A stretch of 64,000 nt of DNA from Eledone cirrhosa (GCA_964016885.1 OZ024753.1:11594001-11658000), one strand, 5' to 3'; numbered from the stretch's first letter, positions 38,836-57,224 are shown. Translations and numbers: made by a program. The notes: generated by a model not told the origin, from the letters alone.

Positions 38836-39140
38836 ATATATACATCGCTATTTCAGAGCACCAATACTATTACCTAATATTTGCTGGTGCGGCAACCGCT
38901 CTATTTAATCTGCTCTTAAACATTACAGGAATTCTATAAGAATCCAGCTTCCATAATTCTCGGCGGAGCGAAGGGGTAAGTAGTCTTAATAACCGCTAAT
39001 GAGCGAGAAACAGGACTGTCGATTACTCCCCTTTGTTTTTGCCGAGAATAAGTAAGTGACAGTCACTACTTTAAAATTCATAATGAATGCTCTTCAAAAT
39101 GTTTTTAATTAAACATACAGTATATTATCAAATATACTAT
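38836..39140 (+). mobile_element. Family E monomer
   Basis: Colinear with 35160-35460; tagtc TTAATAA ccgc..gcga GAAA caggactg TC gatta. Confidence 0.65.
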
Positions 39141-39152
39141 ATATATATATAT

Positions 39153-39301
39153 GGTGGCTGCCAACTCGTTTTCGAGTACGGCCACTACTTCATATCCATG
39201 TAGGAGAACCCCTACCGACGCGCTGAACGAGTGTGACTTTTTAGTCCAGCCAGCGACTTGAAAACTCTGGTACAAACACTACACTTGTGACAATTATTGA
39301 C
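39153..39301 (-). mobile_element. RTE derivative family 2, 3' fragment
   Basis: Reverse complement of about 32026-32173; 3' end abuts (TA)n. Confidence 0.85.
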
Positions 39302-40501
39302 CCATAGTATATATATATATATATATATATACAAAATTAAATTAAGGGTGTCATGTCAGAGAGACATGCGCCATATCCACTGCAGAATAAGCTCAAAGAT
39401 TCCAATGAATAGATCCAAGAATTTTATATCAACTAGAAATATATATCATTTTGTGTCCAATTCTATTTTCTTTCTCGAGTAATACCAGTAAACCGTGGTC
39501 TAATTAAATGTCACTGCCAATCTCTCCATAGAATGTAACTGTGTTTATCGTTCTAAATGTTTGGTACACGTCTCTGGTCTGAGGATAAATTTCCCCCTCT
39601 TCTAGTTACTGCAATATTGCAAAATTTCATAGCATTTTCTTTCTTCCTCTTCTCTTCTTCTGATTAAGCTATTAGAAAAAAATTAAAATATCGGTCGACA
39701 TCAGCTCTTCACAGCCGATTTATTCTCTTGGTGAAGAAACATTTAATAATATTTTTTCTCCTTATTATAAAAAAATCCCCAACTATTTAACCCAGTGCTG
39801 CTACGAGATTAAAAAGAAAAAAATATGCATTGATTATAAAACCTTTTGAAAAGCAAAAAAATAAACACATCAAACTACTACAAACCATTTTAATTACTGA
39901 CTTCACTAAGGTAAAAGTACCTTCAGCTCAGAAACACAAAGAACAGAATGATTTCCCACCATTATTGCTGTAAAGGACACACGTATACACTTAGGCACAT
40001 GAACTCTCTCACACACTCAGACACATACACATGCACACGCTCAGACATATACACACGCACACACAGTCTCACTTACGCACACTAACACACATGCATACAC
40101 ACACACACTGTATCACACTCAGACACATGCATACACACACTCAGACACATGCACACACACACTCATGTAATCAGACACACGCACACTATCACACACTGAG
40201 GCACATGTATACGCACACTATCACACACTGAGGCACATGCATACGCACTCATACCAATCACACCCACGCACCAATGTATAAAAATAAAAATGTTAAATCT
40301 CAGAGAAGGCAGCACGCATGCGTATATGATCTCGCAAGAATACAAAAGCAATTTTTATAATTTTAACTGAAAGCTTTAGCACGTTGAATATGTTAAAGAA
40401 AGGGAAGAAAAAACATGGTAAAAACATTACATAGGAAAAGAAAAGAAAGACAAACAACATGTCTTTGAAACTATTGTGACTAAAAAAGCGAATGAAAGAG
40501 G

Positions 40502-40570
<69 letters not shown>

Positions 40571-40577
40571 CAGAGAT

Positions 40578-40634
<57 letters not shown>

Positions 40635-40703
40635 AGTATGTGTATATATATATAAGAGAGAGATAGAAAGAGATATAGGTAGATAGAGAGGAGAGATATA
40701 CAA

Positions 40704-40766
<63 letters not shown>

Positions 40767-41327
40767 GGAGGTAGATATATATATAGAGAGAGATAGAGAG
40801 ATGGAGATATAGATATAGAGATAAAGATTTATATAGAGGAAGATAGAGAAATAGAGATATATATAGAGAGAAAGAGAGTGAGAAATATATATATAGAGAA
40901 ATATATGGAAAGAAAGTGAGAGAAATTGAAGTTCAGATAAAGAAGAGAGATCAGGAAACATTTGTATGTAGCCTAGAGATATAATTAAAGGTAGAAGAAG
41001 CAATAATAGAATTGAAACTTAAAATTAAATCGTAAAGAAATGAAATTAACTAAAAATTTCAAATAAACAAAAAAACAAAAAAAAACAAAACAAATAGACA
41101 CACACATCTAAACAAAATAAAAAATAGATGTATTTAAACTAGCAGTTTGAAATTTCCTTCATAATTTTTAAAATTTATTTAACTATTTATTTATTGAAAT
41201 ACAATTTACAAAAATATTTTTTTCACATTTTTTTTTTTTGTTCTTTTGAAATTATTAAGCAATTTTTGAATAATCAAACTTCCGATGTGCAGATGACAGA
41301 GATAAGACGAGGAACAGAGAATACGAA

Positions 41328-41780
41328 GGGGAAAGGAGAAATGAAAAAGGAGAAATGAAAAAGGAGAAATGAAAAAGGAAAAAGGAAAAAGGAAAAAGGA
41401 GAAAGGAAAAAGGAAAAAGGAGAAAGGAGAAAGGAGAAAGGAAAAAGGAGAAAGGAAAAAGGAGAAAGGAGAAATGAGAAAGGAGAAAGGAAAAAGGAAA
41501 AAGGATAAAGGAAAAAGGAGAAAGGAAAAAGGAGAAAAGGAGAATGGAAAAAGGAAAAAAAGGAAAAAAGAAAAAAAGGAAAAAAGGAAAAAAGGAAAAA
41601 TGGAAAAAAGGAAAAAGGATAAAGTTGAATGGAAAAAGGAAAAAAGGAAAAAAGGAAAAAAGGAAAAAAGGAAAAAGGTGAAAGGAAAAAGGAAAAAGGA
41701 GAAAGGAAAAAAGGAAAAAGGAAAAAGGAAAAAGGAAAAAGGAAAAAGGAAAAAGGAAAAAGGAAAAAGGAAAAAAAAAA
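41328..41780. repeat. (GGAAAAA)n polypurine repeat
   Basis: Directly visible. Confidence 0.95.
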
Positions 41781-42298
41781 TGCACGTGGTGCAAGGTGAA
41801 ATTGAAGTAAAATAATCTGTTAATATTATTTTTCATGTTGATAATGGCCGACAGATTTGAAATGTCTTCCATGATATGGCAGCTTCTAAAATACTTGGAT
41901 AATACGACTTCTACAGATATTACTACTAGAATTATTGCAGCTGTTGTTCTTGTTGTTTCTATTGATAGGATTTCACAAATTATGATTCCTTTTGTTAATT
42001 CAAACAATATCCATTTACACACACACACACACACATTCATGTGTGTATGCGTATATATATATATATAAATATACACACATATTCTTATGTGTATGCATAT
42101 ATATATATATATATACACACATTCTTGTGTGTATGCGTATATATATATATATATATACATATATATATTCTTGTGTATGAGTTTATATAAACATATATAT
42201 ATATACACACATTCTTGTGTGTATGCATATATATACATATATATTCTTGTGTATGAGTTTATATAAACATATATATACACACATTCTTATGTGTATGC

Positions 42299-42331
<33 letters not shown>

Positions 42332-42542
42332 TTCATGTGTGTATATATATATTTATATATATATATATATTTATATATATATACACACACACATTCTGGT
42401 GTGTATGTTATATATATATACACATTCTTGTGTGTATACATATATATATATATATGTATACACACACATTCTTGTGTATGCGTGTACATATATATACACA
42501 CATTCTTTTGTATGCGTGTATATATATATATATATATATATA

Positions 42543-42626
42543 TAGGTAAAATTCCATTATAACGAATCTTTCTGTATAACGATTTTTTTAATACCCTGTG
42601 AATTTCGTTATAACGAAATTTCACTG
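42543..42626. mobile_element. Tigger/pogo-like MITE remnant
   Basis: TIR cagtgaaatttcgttataacgaa (minus) with a degenerate partner at the left end; TA flanks. Confidence 0.55.
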
Positions 42627-43285
42627 TATATATATATATATATATATCTTTGTATGTGTGTGTATGTATATATATATGTGTGTGTGTGTGTGTATATATA
42701 TGTGTGTGTGTATGTGTATATATATATATATGTGTGTGTGTATGTATGTGTATGTGTATATATATATATATGTGCATATATATGTGTGTGTATATACATA
42801 TATATGTGTATATATATAAGTGTGTGTGTATACATATATATGTGTATATATATAAGTGTGTGTGTATACACACACACACACACACACTCACACACATTGC
42901 ATTATGTTGCGAGAAAGGCACGAATCAATAGTTGATGTCAGATCAAGATCGAATCGAATCGACATTTAGATCAGATACATTGTCAGTGATATATCAAACG
43001 TAAAGTAATTTTGAGGAATGAATTAACGTGATCAGTGAGTGTATAGGCATGTGTGTGTGTATGTGTGTGTACGTGTGTGTGTGTGTACGTGTGTGTGTCT
43101 GTACGTGTATGTGTGTGTACGTGTATGTGTGTGTACGTGTGTGTGTATGAGAGTGTGTGTATGAGAGTGTGTTTGTGTGTTTTCTAGAATTGGTTGCTGC
43201 AGGTCCTGAAAACTATAATACATGTGTGTGTTTTTAATGAATATACACAGTGCGTACTTATATATGAATGAGTTTGAGCTTAATT

Positions 43286-43332
<47 letters not shown>

Positions 43333-43621
43333 TAGGATCGGAATTAAGAGTATTCCGCAGTATACAGTAATAATAATAATATTAGCTCCAAGAATAATAG
43401 AGAATTTTCTTCTGAGCTCAGATACAAATATATTAGACAAATAGAAGTGTGTTACACAGGAAATGTGTGTAAAGAATTATTACAAGTGATTTTTACTGTT
43501 ACTGTATATAAAACAATATGTAGAGGTTCAGCAATTAAATAGAAACATCCCTAAGTCAGAATCAAATCTCTGAAGTAGATTTTAAATTACTAACCTTATA
43601 ACTATAAGTTTGCTGATACGA

Positions 43622-43696
<75 letters not shown>

Positions 43697-43978
43697 GTAT
43701 ATGAGTGTATGTGTGTGTGTTAAGAATTTCCGAAGGAAAGGCAAAGGAAAAAAAGAGTGCTGTATGTATAAATCAGAGCTATTTAATTAAGAAGTAAACA
43801 AGGCAATATAAATACTCCATTAAAAAAGGTTTCAGGACGCTAGACAATATTAATCTGCGTCTAGTTCGCTCTGTCATAAAATTTCATCTGAGGAGCGAAC
43901 TAGACGTATGATAATGGAGTAGGGTAGTTATATTGTGTTGTTTACTTCCTAATTATATACATATACATATATATATAT

Positions 43979-44014
<36 letters not shown>

Positions 44015-44070
44015 CTATATATATATATATATACACATATATATATATATACACATATATATATATACAC

Positions 44071-44112
<42 letters not shown>

Positions 44113-44184
44113 ATATATACACACATATATACATCCACACATATGAACACACATATATACAGACACATAAACACACATATATAC

Positions 44185-44610
44185 AATGATATTAAATAAA
44201 TGGAAACTATATTTATAAAACCATATTTATTCTATTATATATATTTCAAGGGTAGCAAAACTTTGGTAAGCTTTCATCAAATAAAATACGAAGTGTGTTT
44301 TATAAATGTTGACATAACCAAGGAAAATACCTTAACGGTTCCAGATTTCCTTGGATAGACTATCCAAGGAAAACTTGGTTATGTCAAAATTTGTAAAACA
44401 CACTTCGTATTTTATCTGATGAAACCGTACCAAAGTTTTGGTACCCTTGGAATATAGATAATAGAATAAATATGGTTTCATAAATATAGTTTCCGTTTAT
44501 TTAATATCATTGAATATTATACTCCAGAAAAAACTGTCGAGTGCTCTAAATCAGTTATGAACATTTATATCTGTTGAATTAACAACAAATTGAATATCCC
44601 TTCTACTTTA
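44185..44610. mobile_element. Fold-back hammerhead element (family A), older copy
   Basis: Inverted arms about 44185-44312 and 44375-44510; hammerhead 44408-44468 (CTGATGA...GGAA tataga TA atagaata). Confidence 0.75.
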
Positions 44611-44825
44611 TATATATATCAAAAGTGTATATTTAGTTAGAAACACAAAATAGTCTCTTACGATTAAATAGCCTAAAGAAAGAGTCTGGCAAACCCTATT
44701 ATTAATAGTTAGTATTTTATCACCCTAGCGAATCTTGTCCCTTACGATTTGAACACATATATGTTTATATCTGTGTTTATCTCTCTTTTATATTCAATTA
44801 TATTACACACACACACACATGGGCA

Positions 44826-44949
44826 TCCACTGATGAGTTTATAAGAGCCCGCTTGTGCATAAAACTATGGATTATATACAAGTTTCTACATAACCTGGAC
44901 ATTATTTATCCCAAATTGTAGAAATCTTATAACGAAACGATCGTCTGGA
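44826..44949 (+). ncRNA. Type I hammerhead ribozyme with an extended (about 97 nt) stem II domain
   Basis: tcca CTGATGA gtttataaga...tcttataac GAAA cgatcg TC tgga. Confidence 0.75.
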
Positions 44950-45599
44950 AGGAAAGAGATATTTATTTAATTATGTCTCATATAACATAATACAACCAGC
45001 TATCCACGAAATACTGATTAGTTAGCACCCCAAACACAAAATTGGGAAAATACTGAGGTATATCCTAATGTTTTTTGAGTGAGATGGAGTTGGTCAGAGT
45101 ATCGCTTAAGGCTTTCTCTGTTAATGTATTAAATATATATATATATATATATATTTAGATATATATGTATATATATATATAAATTTACGTTTGTATTTTC
45201 GTTGTGGTGGCTTTTGTGGCAATTTTTATCCGGCTGCAAATTTCAATTTGTCACCCCCTAAATGTATGTATATTACTCTGTGTTATATTTGACTCACTAC
45301 TATATATATATATATATATATATACATGATGCTGCGGAAGAAAAAAGATGTAAAAGTTCTTCAGAACATGTCATGCCTTTAACTGATTGTTTAACTAGCA
45401 ATAGGCATTGAACTAGACAAATCCCACTCACAACGCGGAAAGCTATCCAGAAAGAATTACAAGTCAACTACATCGGCTGCCATTGACTCGCAGGCTTTAC
45501 ACCAGAGATTTGTTTCTCCTAGATTCGCGGTAAAAACATTCTAGAATCGAGAATTCTTACCGCGAACTCGAGCATCGAACTGAGAAACTTTATATATGA

Positions 45600-45785
45600 G
45601 CTCCGAATTCAATCGGATATAACCACAGTTAGTAAGGTACTCAATACATTAGTAGATTGTAAAATCATCCTGTTTAATATAGACATGGCTTCTACGGGAC
45701 TAGAGCTGTTTCATTGAAAATAAATAATCAGGCTTTCCTGGTGAATTCATTTGAATGAAAGAGTTATATTCCCCTAGAAGGAATC
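45600..45785. mobile_element. Family C element, decayed
   Basis: Tail aaccacagttagtaaggtactcaatac plus inverted ggctttcctggtgaattcatttgaatgaaa. Confidence 0.6.
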
Positions 45786-45792
45786 TCTCTCA

Positions 45793-45826
<34 letters not shown>

Positions 45827-46102
45827 GTAATAATAATAAATTTGAAGACTAAAATCCAAAGAGGGCTCGATAAGGATAAATATATATCAAATATATAAGA
45901 ACCGTAGAGCAATTATTTATTAAAATAACAGATTAAAGTTTAAGCAAAGAATCGCTGCTTTCACCCTTAAACTTTAATCTGTTTTTTTAATATATATACT
46001 TCTGTCTGGAGATGCAACCGATAGGTAATATTGGAAAGACCAATGGAAACATTGTTTCCTCGGTCTGATTTGATGAGCTCCACCCCATATCGATCAACTA
46101 TC

Positions 46103-46162
<60 letters not shown>

Positions 46163-46167
<5 letters not shown>

Positions 46168-46270
46168 GGAAAAAAATGAAATGAAATTTCATTTCCCACT
46201 CTTAGTACGGCTGTTACTTAAATATAAGTATGTGCACGTACATGCATATATGTATACAGTCGTACAGTAG

Positions 46271-46308
<38 letters not shown>

Positions 46309-46723
46309 CATGCACTCATATATATATATATATGTACGTATGGATTCACCAAACATTTATTATAATGCTTGGTGTCTTTGTAAAACAAACATCCCGTATT
46401 AAGCCGTAGTGTCTAGCAACCACCGCTGCTCGTTTGTTCAACACTGACAAAGGAACGCTGTACTAGTTTCAAGCTTGTTAGCTATCGACAGCAACGTATA
46501 CCTTCCTGCCAGATAGTTGAACGTCCGAAAGTATATACTTTCCTTATGCATACTAACGGCTGAGTAGCCCAATGTGCATATCGAGTGGATTAATCGGCCG
46601 GGTGCACCGAAAACGATAAACGGAAAAAATGAAACGAAATTTTATGTCCCACTCTTAGTACGGCTGTTACTTAAATATAAGTATGTGCACGTACATGCAT
46701 ATATGTATACAGTCGTACAGTAG

Positions 46724-46755
<32 letters not shown>

Positions 46756-46937
46756 CATGCACAGATATATATATGTACGTATGGATTCACCAAACATTTA
46801 TTATAATGCTCGGTGTGTTTGTAAACAAACATCCCGTATTAAGCCGTAGTGTCTAGCAACCACCATGTGTGCATGGATGTATATATATATAGCACTGTAC
46901 GTCTGTATACATATATGTATGTACGTGTACATACTTA
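46163..46937 (-). mobile_element. Family G: 454-bp-period partial tandem plus inverted terminal segment, with hammerhead (retrozyme/pLTR-like)
   Basis: Unit starts at 46163 and 46617; 46865-46937 is an inverted copy of part of the unit. Minus 46456-46496: cgttg CTGTCGA tagct-aaca-agctt GAAA ctag TA cagcg. Confidence 0.75.
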
Positions 46938-46951
46938 TATATATATATATA

Positions 46952-47276
46952 TTTATTAAAATAACAGATTAAAGTTTAAGCGAAGAATCGCTGCTTTCAC
47001 CCTTAACGGGATCTTCTGAAACTAACAAAGTCAATCTGTGAACGCAGAAGTGAATATTTCAAAAAGCGTTGCAACCGGAAGAAGACAGGAAGACGATACT
47101 TTGATTCGTGGAAACGTTCCCTGGCAAAGAACGGGAAAAAACGAATATAATACTTCATTATTTGGAGCGGTGAAAAACAATTACAGGCAAAGACATATTC
47201 ATACATATATTTGATATATATTTATCCTTATCGAGCCCTCTTTGGATTTTAGTCTTCAAATTTATTATTATTACTA
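46952..47276. mobile_element. Family F, unclassified (TA)n-embedded element of about 325 bp
   Basis: Deleted or rearranged copies at 5890-5993, 21573-21675, 45826-45990 and 59490-59588. Confidence 0.7.
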
Positions 47277-47291
47277 TATATATATATATAT

Positions 47292-47470
47292 GGGTAGGGT
47301 CATATTTGTGTAATAATATTGCCGGAATTAATAACAGAACACACTCACTGTTTGGTTGGTTTTCGGTTCACAGTGAGTGCGTTTTGTTATTAATTCTGGC
47401 AATATTATTACACACATATGACCCTCCCCAAGTATAACAATATTTGTTTCGACACACGATTTCATATCAA
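47292..47470. repeat. Fold-back copy of the PLE pseudo-LTR tail
   Basis: Arms 47292-47351 and 47370-47429; tail gaccctccccaagtataacaatat...acacacgattt matches 2950-2995 (minus). Confidence 0.75.
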
Positions 47471-47892
47471 AAACTAATATATCTATATCTATATCTGAGA
47501 GAGAGAGAGAAAGAGAAAGAAAGAGAAAGAAAAAGAGAGGACTAGGTTTTGTGTAAGTAATTTCGTGTTCCTACACACTTCAAGGTACAACCTATCATAA
47601 ATAAAACCCCAATTGCCAGTAACAGCTTACAGTGCTACAATTGGAGAGAGCCATTGCTGCTCTTCAGATAGGAAAAAGGGGTATGTTGCGGATTGGAATT
47701 CCATTCATGAGAGAACTGATAGATCGCAGCTGTCTTGATTCTAAGTAACAATCCCAATCTTTCAGTGATGAAATCTTCAATTTCATTCCATTTGTACCTC
47801 CTCATGAGTTTACCTTATTTCTTATCTTCCAGTATAAACAACCTCTCACTATTTTACAACTACATTTCAGAACTTTTCTTCTATCATATATA

Positions 47893-47929
<37 letters not shown>

Positions 47930-47932
47930 TAC

Positions 47933-47963
<31 letters not shown>

Positions 47964-47964
47964 C

Positions 47965-48063
<99 letters not shown>

Positions 48064-48067
48064 CATA

Positions 48068-48263
48068 ACGAAGGAAATGTGGTAAGGAACCAGGTGGACC
48101 ATAACGCACCAAAGTACTCAATACTTGAGGTAGTAGAGTGGGTAATAGGAACCAGTAAGACCCCGACAGCTGAGCTCAAGCCGTTTCGACGGCTAATTCT
48201 GGACTGGAATTAGCCGAGCCGTCGAAACGGCTTGAGCTCAGCTGTCGGGGTCTTACTGGTTCC

Positions 48264-48266
<3 letters not shown>
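48068..48266 (-). mobile_element. Family B hairpin element
   Basis: Reverse-orientation copy; both arms share the private variant gacagc/gctgtc. Confidence 0.8.
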
Positions 48267-48318
<52 letters not shown>

Positions 48319-48859
48319 TGCTATTTTGCTGAACTCCTTGTAGAGTTTTTTTCAGAATGTATTTGACTGCTATTTCTTGTAAATAAACATTCACTTCCAT
48401 CCTGACGTCACTAGCCCCGTTTTTTCCTCATGTGCTTTTTCATAAATACACATGAAGGCGAACTAGCCAGTTTTAGAATTCCTTTTTTCGGACTATATTA
48501 CTGTGAGAGCCCTGGTTTTCTGTTGAGCTCTGCTGATGAATGAAATCCAACCGTGACCATCTCCACTGAAAGTTTTCATGAAATAGTCTTTTAAGACTAT
48601 ACAGAGCATTTGATGTTATTCCAAATTGAAGGATAAGTGTTTCAAACTTTGTTTTATCATGAGTTAAAGGTCTATAGATTTTTCCATGGATTTTACTAAA
48701 TTCTGTGGATGAATTTGTATCCTGATTCTCTTTTGAGATGAGTTTGAGTTATTTTTCCTAAATCTTTCGTTAACTACTTTTCCCATCTTGACGTTATAGT
48801 CGCATATATGTTATAGAATGCCGTTAGCTTCTTGCTAAAACAATCTCTATACGTCTCAT

Positions 48860-53145
<4,286 letters not shown>

Positions 53146-53169
53146 GCATGGGTGTGCGAATGTTCATTT

Positions 53170-53500
53170 CCCAAACCACCACCATACCACCACCATACCA
53201 CCAACACCACCACCATACCACAAAACCTTCAACACCACCACCATACCACCGACACCACCACCATACCACCAATTCCACAACCATACCACGAAACCATCAA
53301 CACCACCATACCACCAAACCATTAACACCACCACCATACCACCAACACCACCACCATACCACCAACACCACAACCATACCACCAAACCATCAACACCACC
53401 ATACCACCAAACCATTAACACCACCACCATACCACCAACACCACAACCATACCACCAAACCATCAACACCACCACCAAACCATCAACACCACCACCACCC
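53170..53500. repeat. (CCA)n-derived minisatellite
   Basis: Directly visible. Confidence 0.9.
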
Positions 53501-54144
53501 AAGAATTTATACACGCAGCATCATCCTAAAACCGCATTATTGAAACATTAAAATGATTAAAAAATCATGAAACAATTTTATGGTTTTTCTCGGTGTTTCA
53601 CGGGTTCTCTCAACAAATTTCCCTAAGGGACAGTAAACAAAAAGTAAACAAAAATAAAGTGAAATTCTTTCATATAATCGTAATTCTAAATCTGGATAAA
53701 ACATAAACTGTGCAACAAAACCACATAGAAGATGATATATTTGGTGTAATGTTAGTGTCGGAAGAAAAAAATGAATTATGCATGACTAGGTGATATAAGT
53801 GCTTGCACATAATCCTATGCGTTTATGCATGCGAATGTGTAACGTTGAGTGAATCCTTGTACAAATGTATACCTGTGTGTTTGAGAGAACATTTCGTTAT
53901 TAGTGTATCGACGTGCACTTTCATAACGCCGCGCATATTGTACAGCTCATTACTATTTTCGGAATAAATAAATCAACATGATGATCGAAATCGGTTTCGC
54001 AACCATCGATAAGATTAACATTTTCATTTCGAAACGACACCAGACTTAATTATACTACTTGAGTATGTAAAATTCTCTGTCTCTTCCAGGATAGAATACA
54101 TCTGCGCACACCCACTCACTCACATAATATATAATATACATATA

Positions 54145-54303
54145 CAGTCACTGAGTAGGTCACAAAATGTGTGACAAAAGAGCTTTGACAATATATAAAA
54201 ACCGTCCGGTTATCGAACCAACCGGAAATTTGTAATACATTGAAATGAAAAATAACAGCTGCTTGTGTTTTTATTGCTAACTTGACCCTCCCAAAGTATA
54301 ACA
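54145..54303 (+). mobile_element. PLE pseudo-LTR fragment with decayed hammerhead
   Basis: Homologous to 2973-3165 (minus); gtca ctgagta ggtcaca..tgtgac aaaa gagctt tgac; ends at (TA)n. Confidence 0.7.
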
Positions 54304-55251
54304 TTATATATATATATATAATCCCTCCATACACTAAACCAGTCACCCAGTTATCTATATAATTTCAAAACCTCATCAATATTAGAATTCTCTAATAAGA
54401 AGATGAATAGAAAACTGTAATGTGACATATTTCAAACCTACAGAATCCTGACAATTCTCCCCTTTTACATCATATCATCCAAATCACACGTGTACGAATA
54501 TTACACATGACTTAGCCAAAGTAATCTGCTTAATGAACCCCGACCCAACAAGACGTCACAGGCTACAGGCGATGGAAAAATACTTGCTCATTATCTAATC
54601 AACAAATTTATTGAAAGAACCAAGATAAATTAACATTCTGGATCTCCAGGAAACTAATACAGATAAGGAATGAGATGGGGGAACCATAATTATCAAATTT
54701 ATTGCAAAGTACACTTCTACCATTAAACATACATATTCTATCTACTAAAGGATGAGACATCAATGAAAAACCTCTAACAGATATATCAATTTATTAAAAT
54801 TAAAAGACAGTTAAAGTCACTAAAAACATGTTCTGAGCAACGCAACGCTGCAAACCTTACTTAACGATCCGCAAGTCAGAAGATGCAACTAACATGGATG
54901 CAGTAAATGCAGTTAACTGTTAGAAAGTTCTGTATTTCCTTTCAATCAAGAAATTATTTTAAAATTTAAAAACGATATCCCGTGTCTTTTAAGAAAATTT
55001 AATATATACTTCAACATCTAAAGGTTGCCATGAAAATTAGATTGGACACACATGTCGGACATTCTGACAAAAAATGACAGTTTACCGTCAAGAAATGAGA
55101 GAACCATTTTCGTGAAATATTCCTGAAATAATAGTCAGCATATAGAGTATTGCAGAGGAAGCAGCCTGCCAAATGTCTATATTTTACCGTTTTAACAAAG
55201 CAGCTATTTGCTATCAGAAAAACAACACGGCAGCATAGAAGGATATTTTAG

Positions 55252-55490
55252 AACCAACGTCGGGCTGAAGAGGACAAACTCTCCAAACACCGGTCGCTTT
55301 CCGACAGGTTTGCGGTCGTGCCTTGGGCAGTGGAGACTTTTGGTGTCCTTGGCCCTAGGGCTACCTCCCTACTCACCACCATAGGCGCTGAGTTGACCAG
55401 CCGCAGGTGTGAGCCTCGCGAGATGGAATGGCTCTTCCAGCGCATTTCCCTTACCATCCTCCGGGGAAACGCCTTCTCCATTCTGTCGGC
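55252..55490 (+). pseudogene. C-terminus of a restriction-like endonuclease from a CRE-like non-LTR retrotransposon (5'-truncated)
   Basis: AEEDKLSKHRSL..FAVVPWAVETFGVLGPRA...WLFQRISLTILRGNAFSIL matches the AE..K..K / ET.G..G / QR.S....RGNA pattern; GC-rich island. Confidence 0.75.
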
Positions 55491-56121
55491 CAGGGCTGTG
55501 GGGAGGCCAGCACATGGGACCCCATTTGTTCACCATACAGAGAGATGGGGAGGGCGAGTGAGATGGAGGCGATGACAGTGGGGGTTCGGCTCTTCCACGT
55601 TCGGACCATATCCTTGTGGTTGTGCTCATTATCTATAGAGTTCATTCTATTATTCAGTTGTTAATATTCACCATTAATGCTCCAACAGAAACACAACACA
55701 CTCTACACACAATTCAGACCCAAACCAAAGTTACGTTCCTTGTCATGGGTTGTTTTAGTTTTCGTTATAAGTGTTAACAAATATACAAACAGTTACGCCA
55801 ATTGTTTCACGTTTTAAAAAAATGCACCGAGAATATAACTCCTCATAGCACATTGCAAGGTGTGAGAAAAATACGTCTAACACCGAAAAAAATTCAAAGA
55901 AACATTGACTGATTTTTTGAAAAATACCGATATTTATAAACAGAAATATGCATGTTTGTGAATATATGTATACATATTCTAAAAATATATTTAAAAAAAA
56001 AAAAAAAAAAAAAAATAAGACTCCAGTTGCATTTTCGATTTCATCTTTTTTTCTTTATACTTTCACTCGTGTAGGACACCTCGGTTATTTTTCATTTTGT
56101 AAAAAAAACCTGACTTTCTTA

Positions 56122-56154
<33 letters not shown>

Positions 56155-56164
56155 GATATGTATG

Positions 56165-56428
56165 TATAGTATATTTGACAATATACTGTCAGTTTAATGA
56201 AAAACATTTTGAAGACCATTGGCTATGAGTTTTATAGTAATGACTATGCCACTTACATATTCTCGGCAAAAACAACGTTGTTTTTTCCGAGAATAAGTTA
56301 AATGACAGTCACTACTTTAAAACTCATAGCCAATGGTCTTCAAAATGTTTTTAATTAAACATACACTATATTGCCAAATATACTATACATACATTTTTAC
56401 ATTGCTATTTCAAAGCACTAATGCTAAT
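56165..56428. mobile_element. Family E fold-back copy
   Basis: Inverted arms centred on aacaacgttgtt (about 56276); right arm matches 39035-39140 and continues into the start of the monomer. Confidence 0.7.
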
Positions 56429-56813
56429 ATATATATATATAAATGTACAACATTAAATTTTATTATTACTTTCCATGTATGTTCTTCTGGTTTTATAATT
56501 TCACAAAGTTTTACCAATAGAGAGAGAGTCGGTTTCTAACATAGACACAAGACTCTCTCATTGGAATTTACACAACATCAACTAGGTAGATATGTATGTA
56601 TGTCTGCATGCATGTGTAGATATTGATGTTATTGCATGTGTGGATGTGTATGTTTTGAGTTGTATGTGTGCATGTGTATATGCTTTGTATCTGTACATGT
56701 GTATATGCAGTTATTAGATGCAAAATTTTTGGAATGTTTTACATATTTTTACTGTTCCATTAATGGATTGTACTTGTAATTTCCTGATGTATGTATGTAT
56801 GTATGTATGTATG

Positions 56814-56843
<30 letters not shown>

Positions 56844-56845
<2 letters not shown>

Positions 56846-57224
56846 GGCAGAATTCTAGGAGAAGGAAAACTCTGATATAACACCTGCAATCCTGATGGTA
56901 TCCAATGATGTTGACTTGTTCTTCTTTTTGGTAAATATCATCTTGGTTAAGAGAGTGGGACTGGCTTTGTGCAGTGCCTTTGCTCACTATAAAAGTTTCA
57001 CGGCACAGACATTGCTTTATATCTGGAGATCTCCCTGCACTTGTCGTCACATGGTAGCATGGGCCCAGCACTATGTGTCAATAATTGTCAGAAGTGTAGT
57101 GTTTGTACCAGAGTTTTCAAGTCGCTGGCTGGATTAAAAAGTCACACTCGTTCAGCGCATCCGTAGGGGTTCTCCTACATGGATATAAAGTAGTGGCCGT
57201 ACTGGAAAACGAGTTGGCAGCTAC
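56844..57224 (+). mobile_element. RTE derivative family 2, 5'-truncated copy
   Basis: Closely similar to 31794-32173; 57092-57166 translates [24 protein letters not shown]. Confidence 0.85.
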
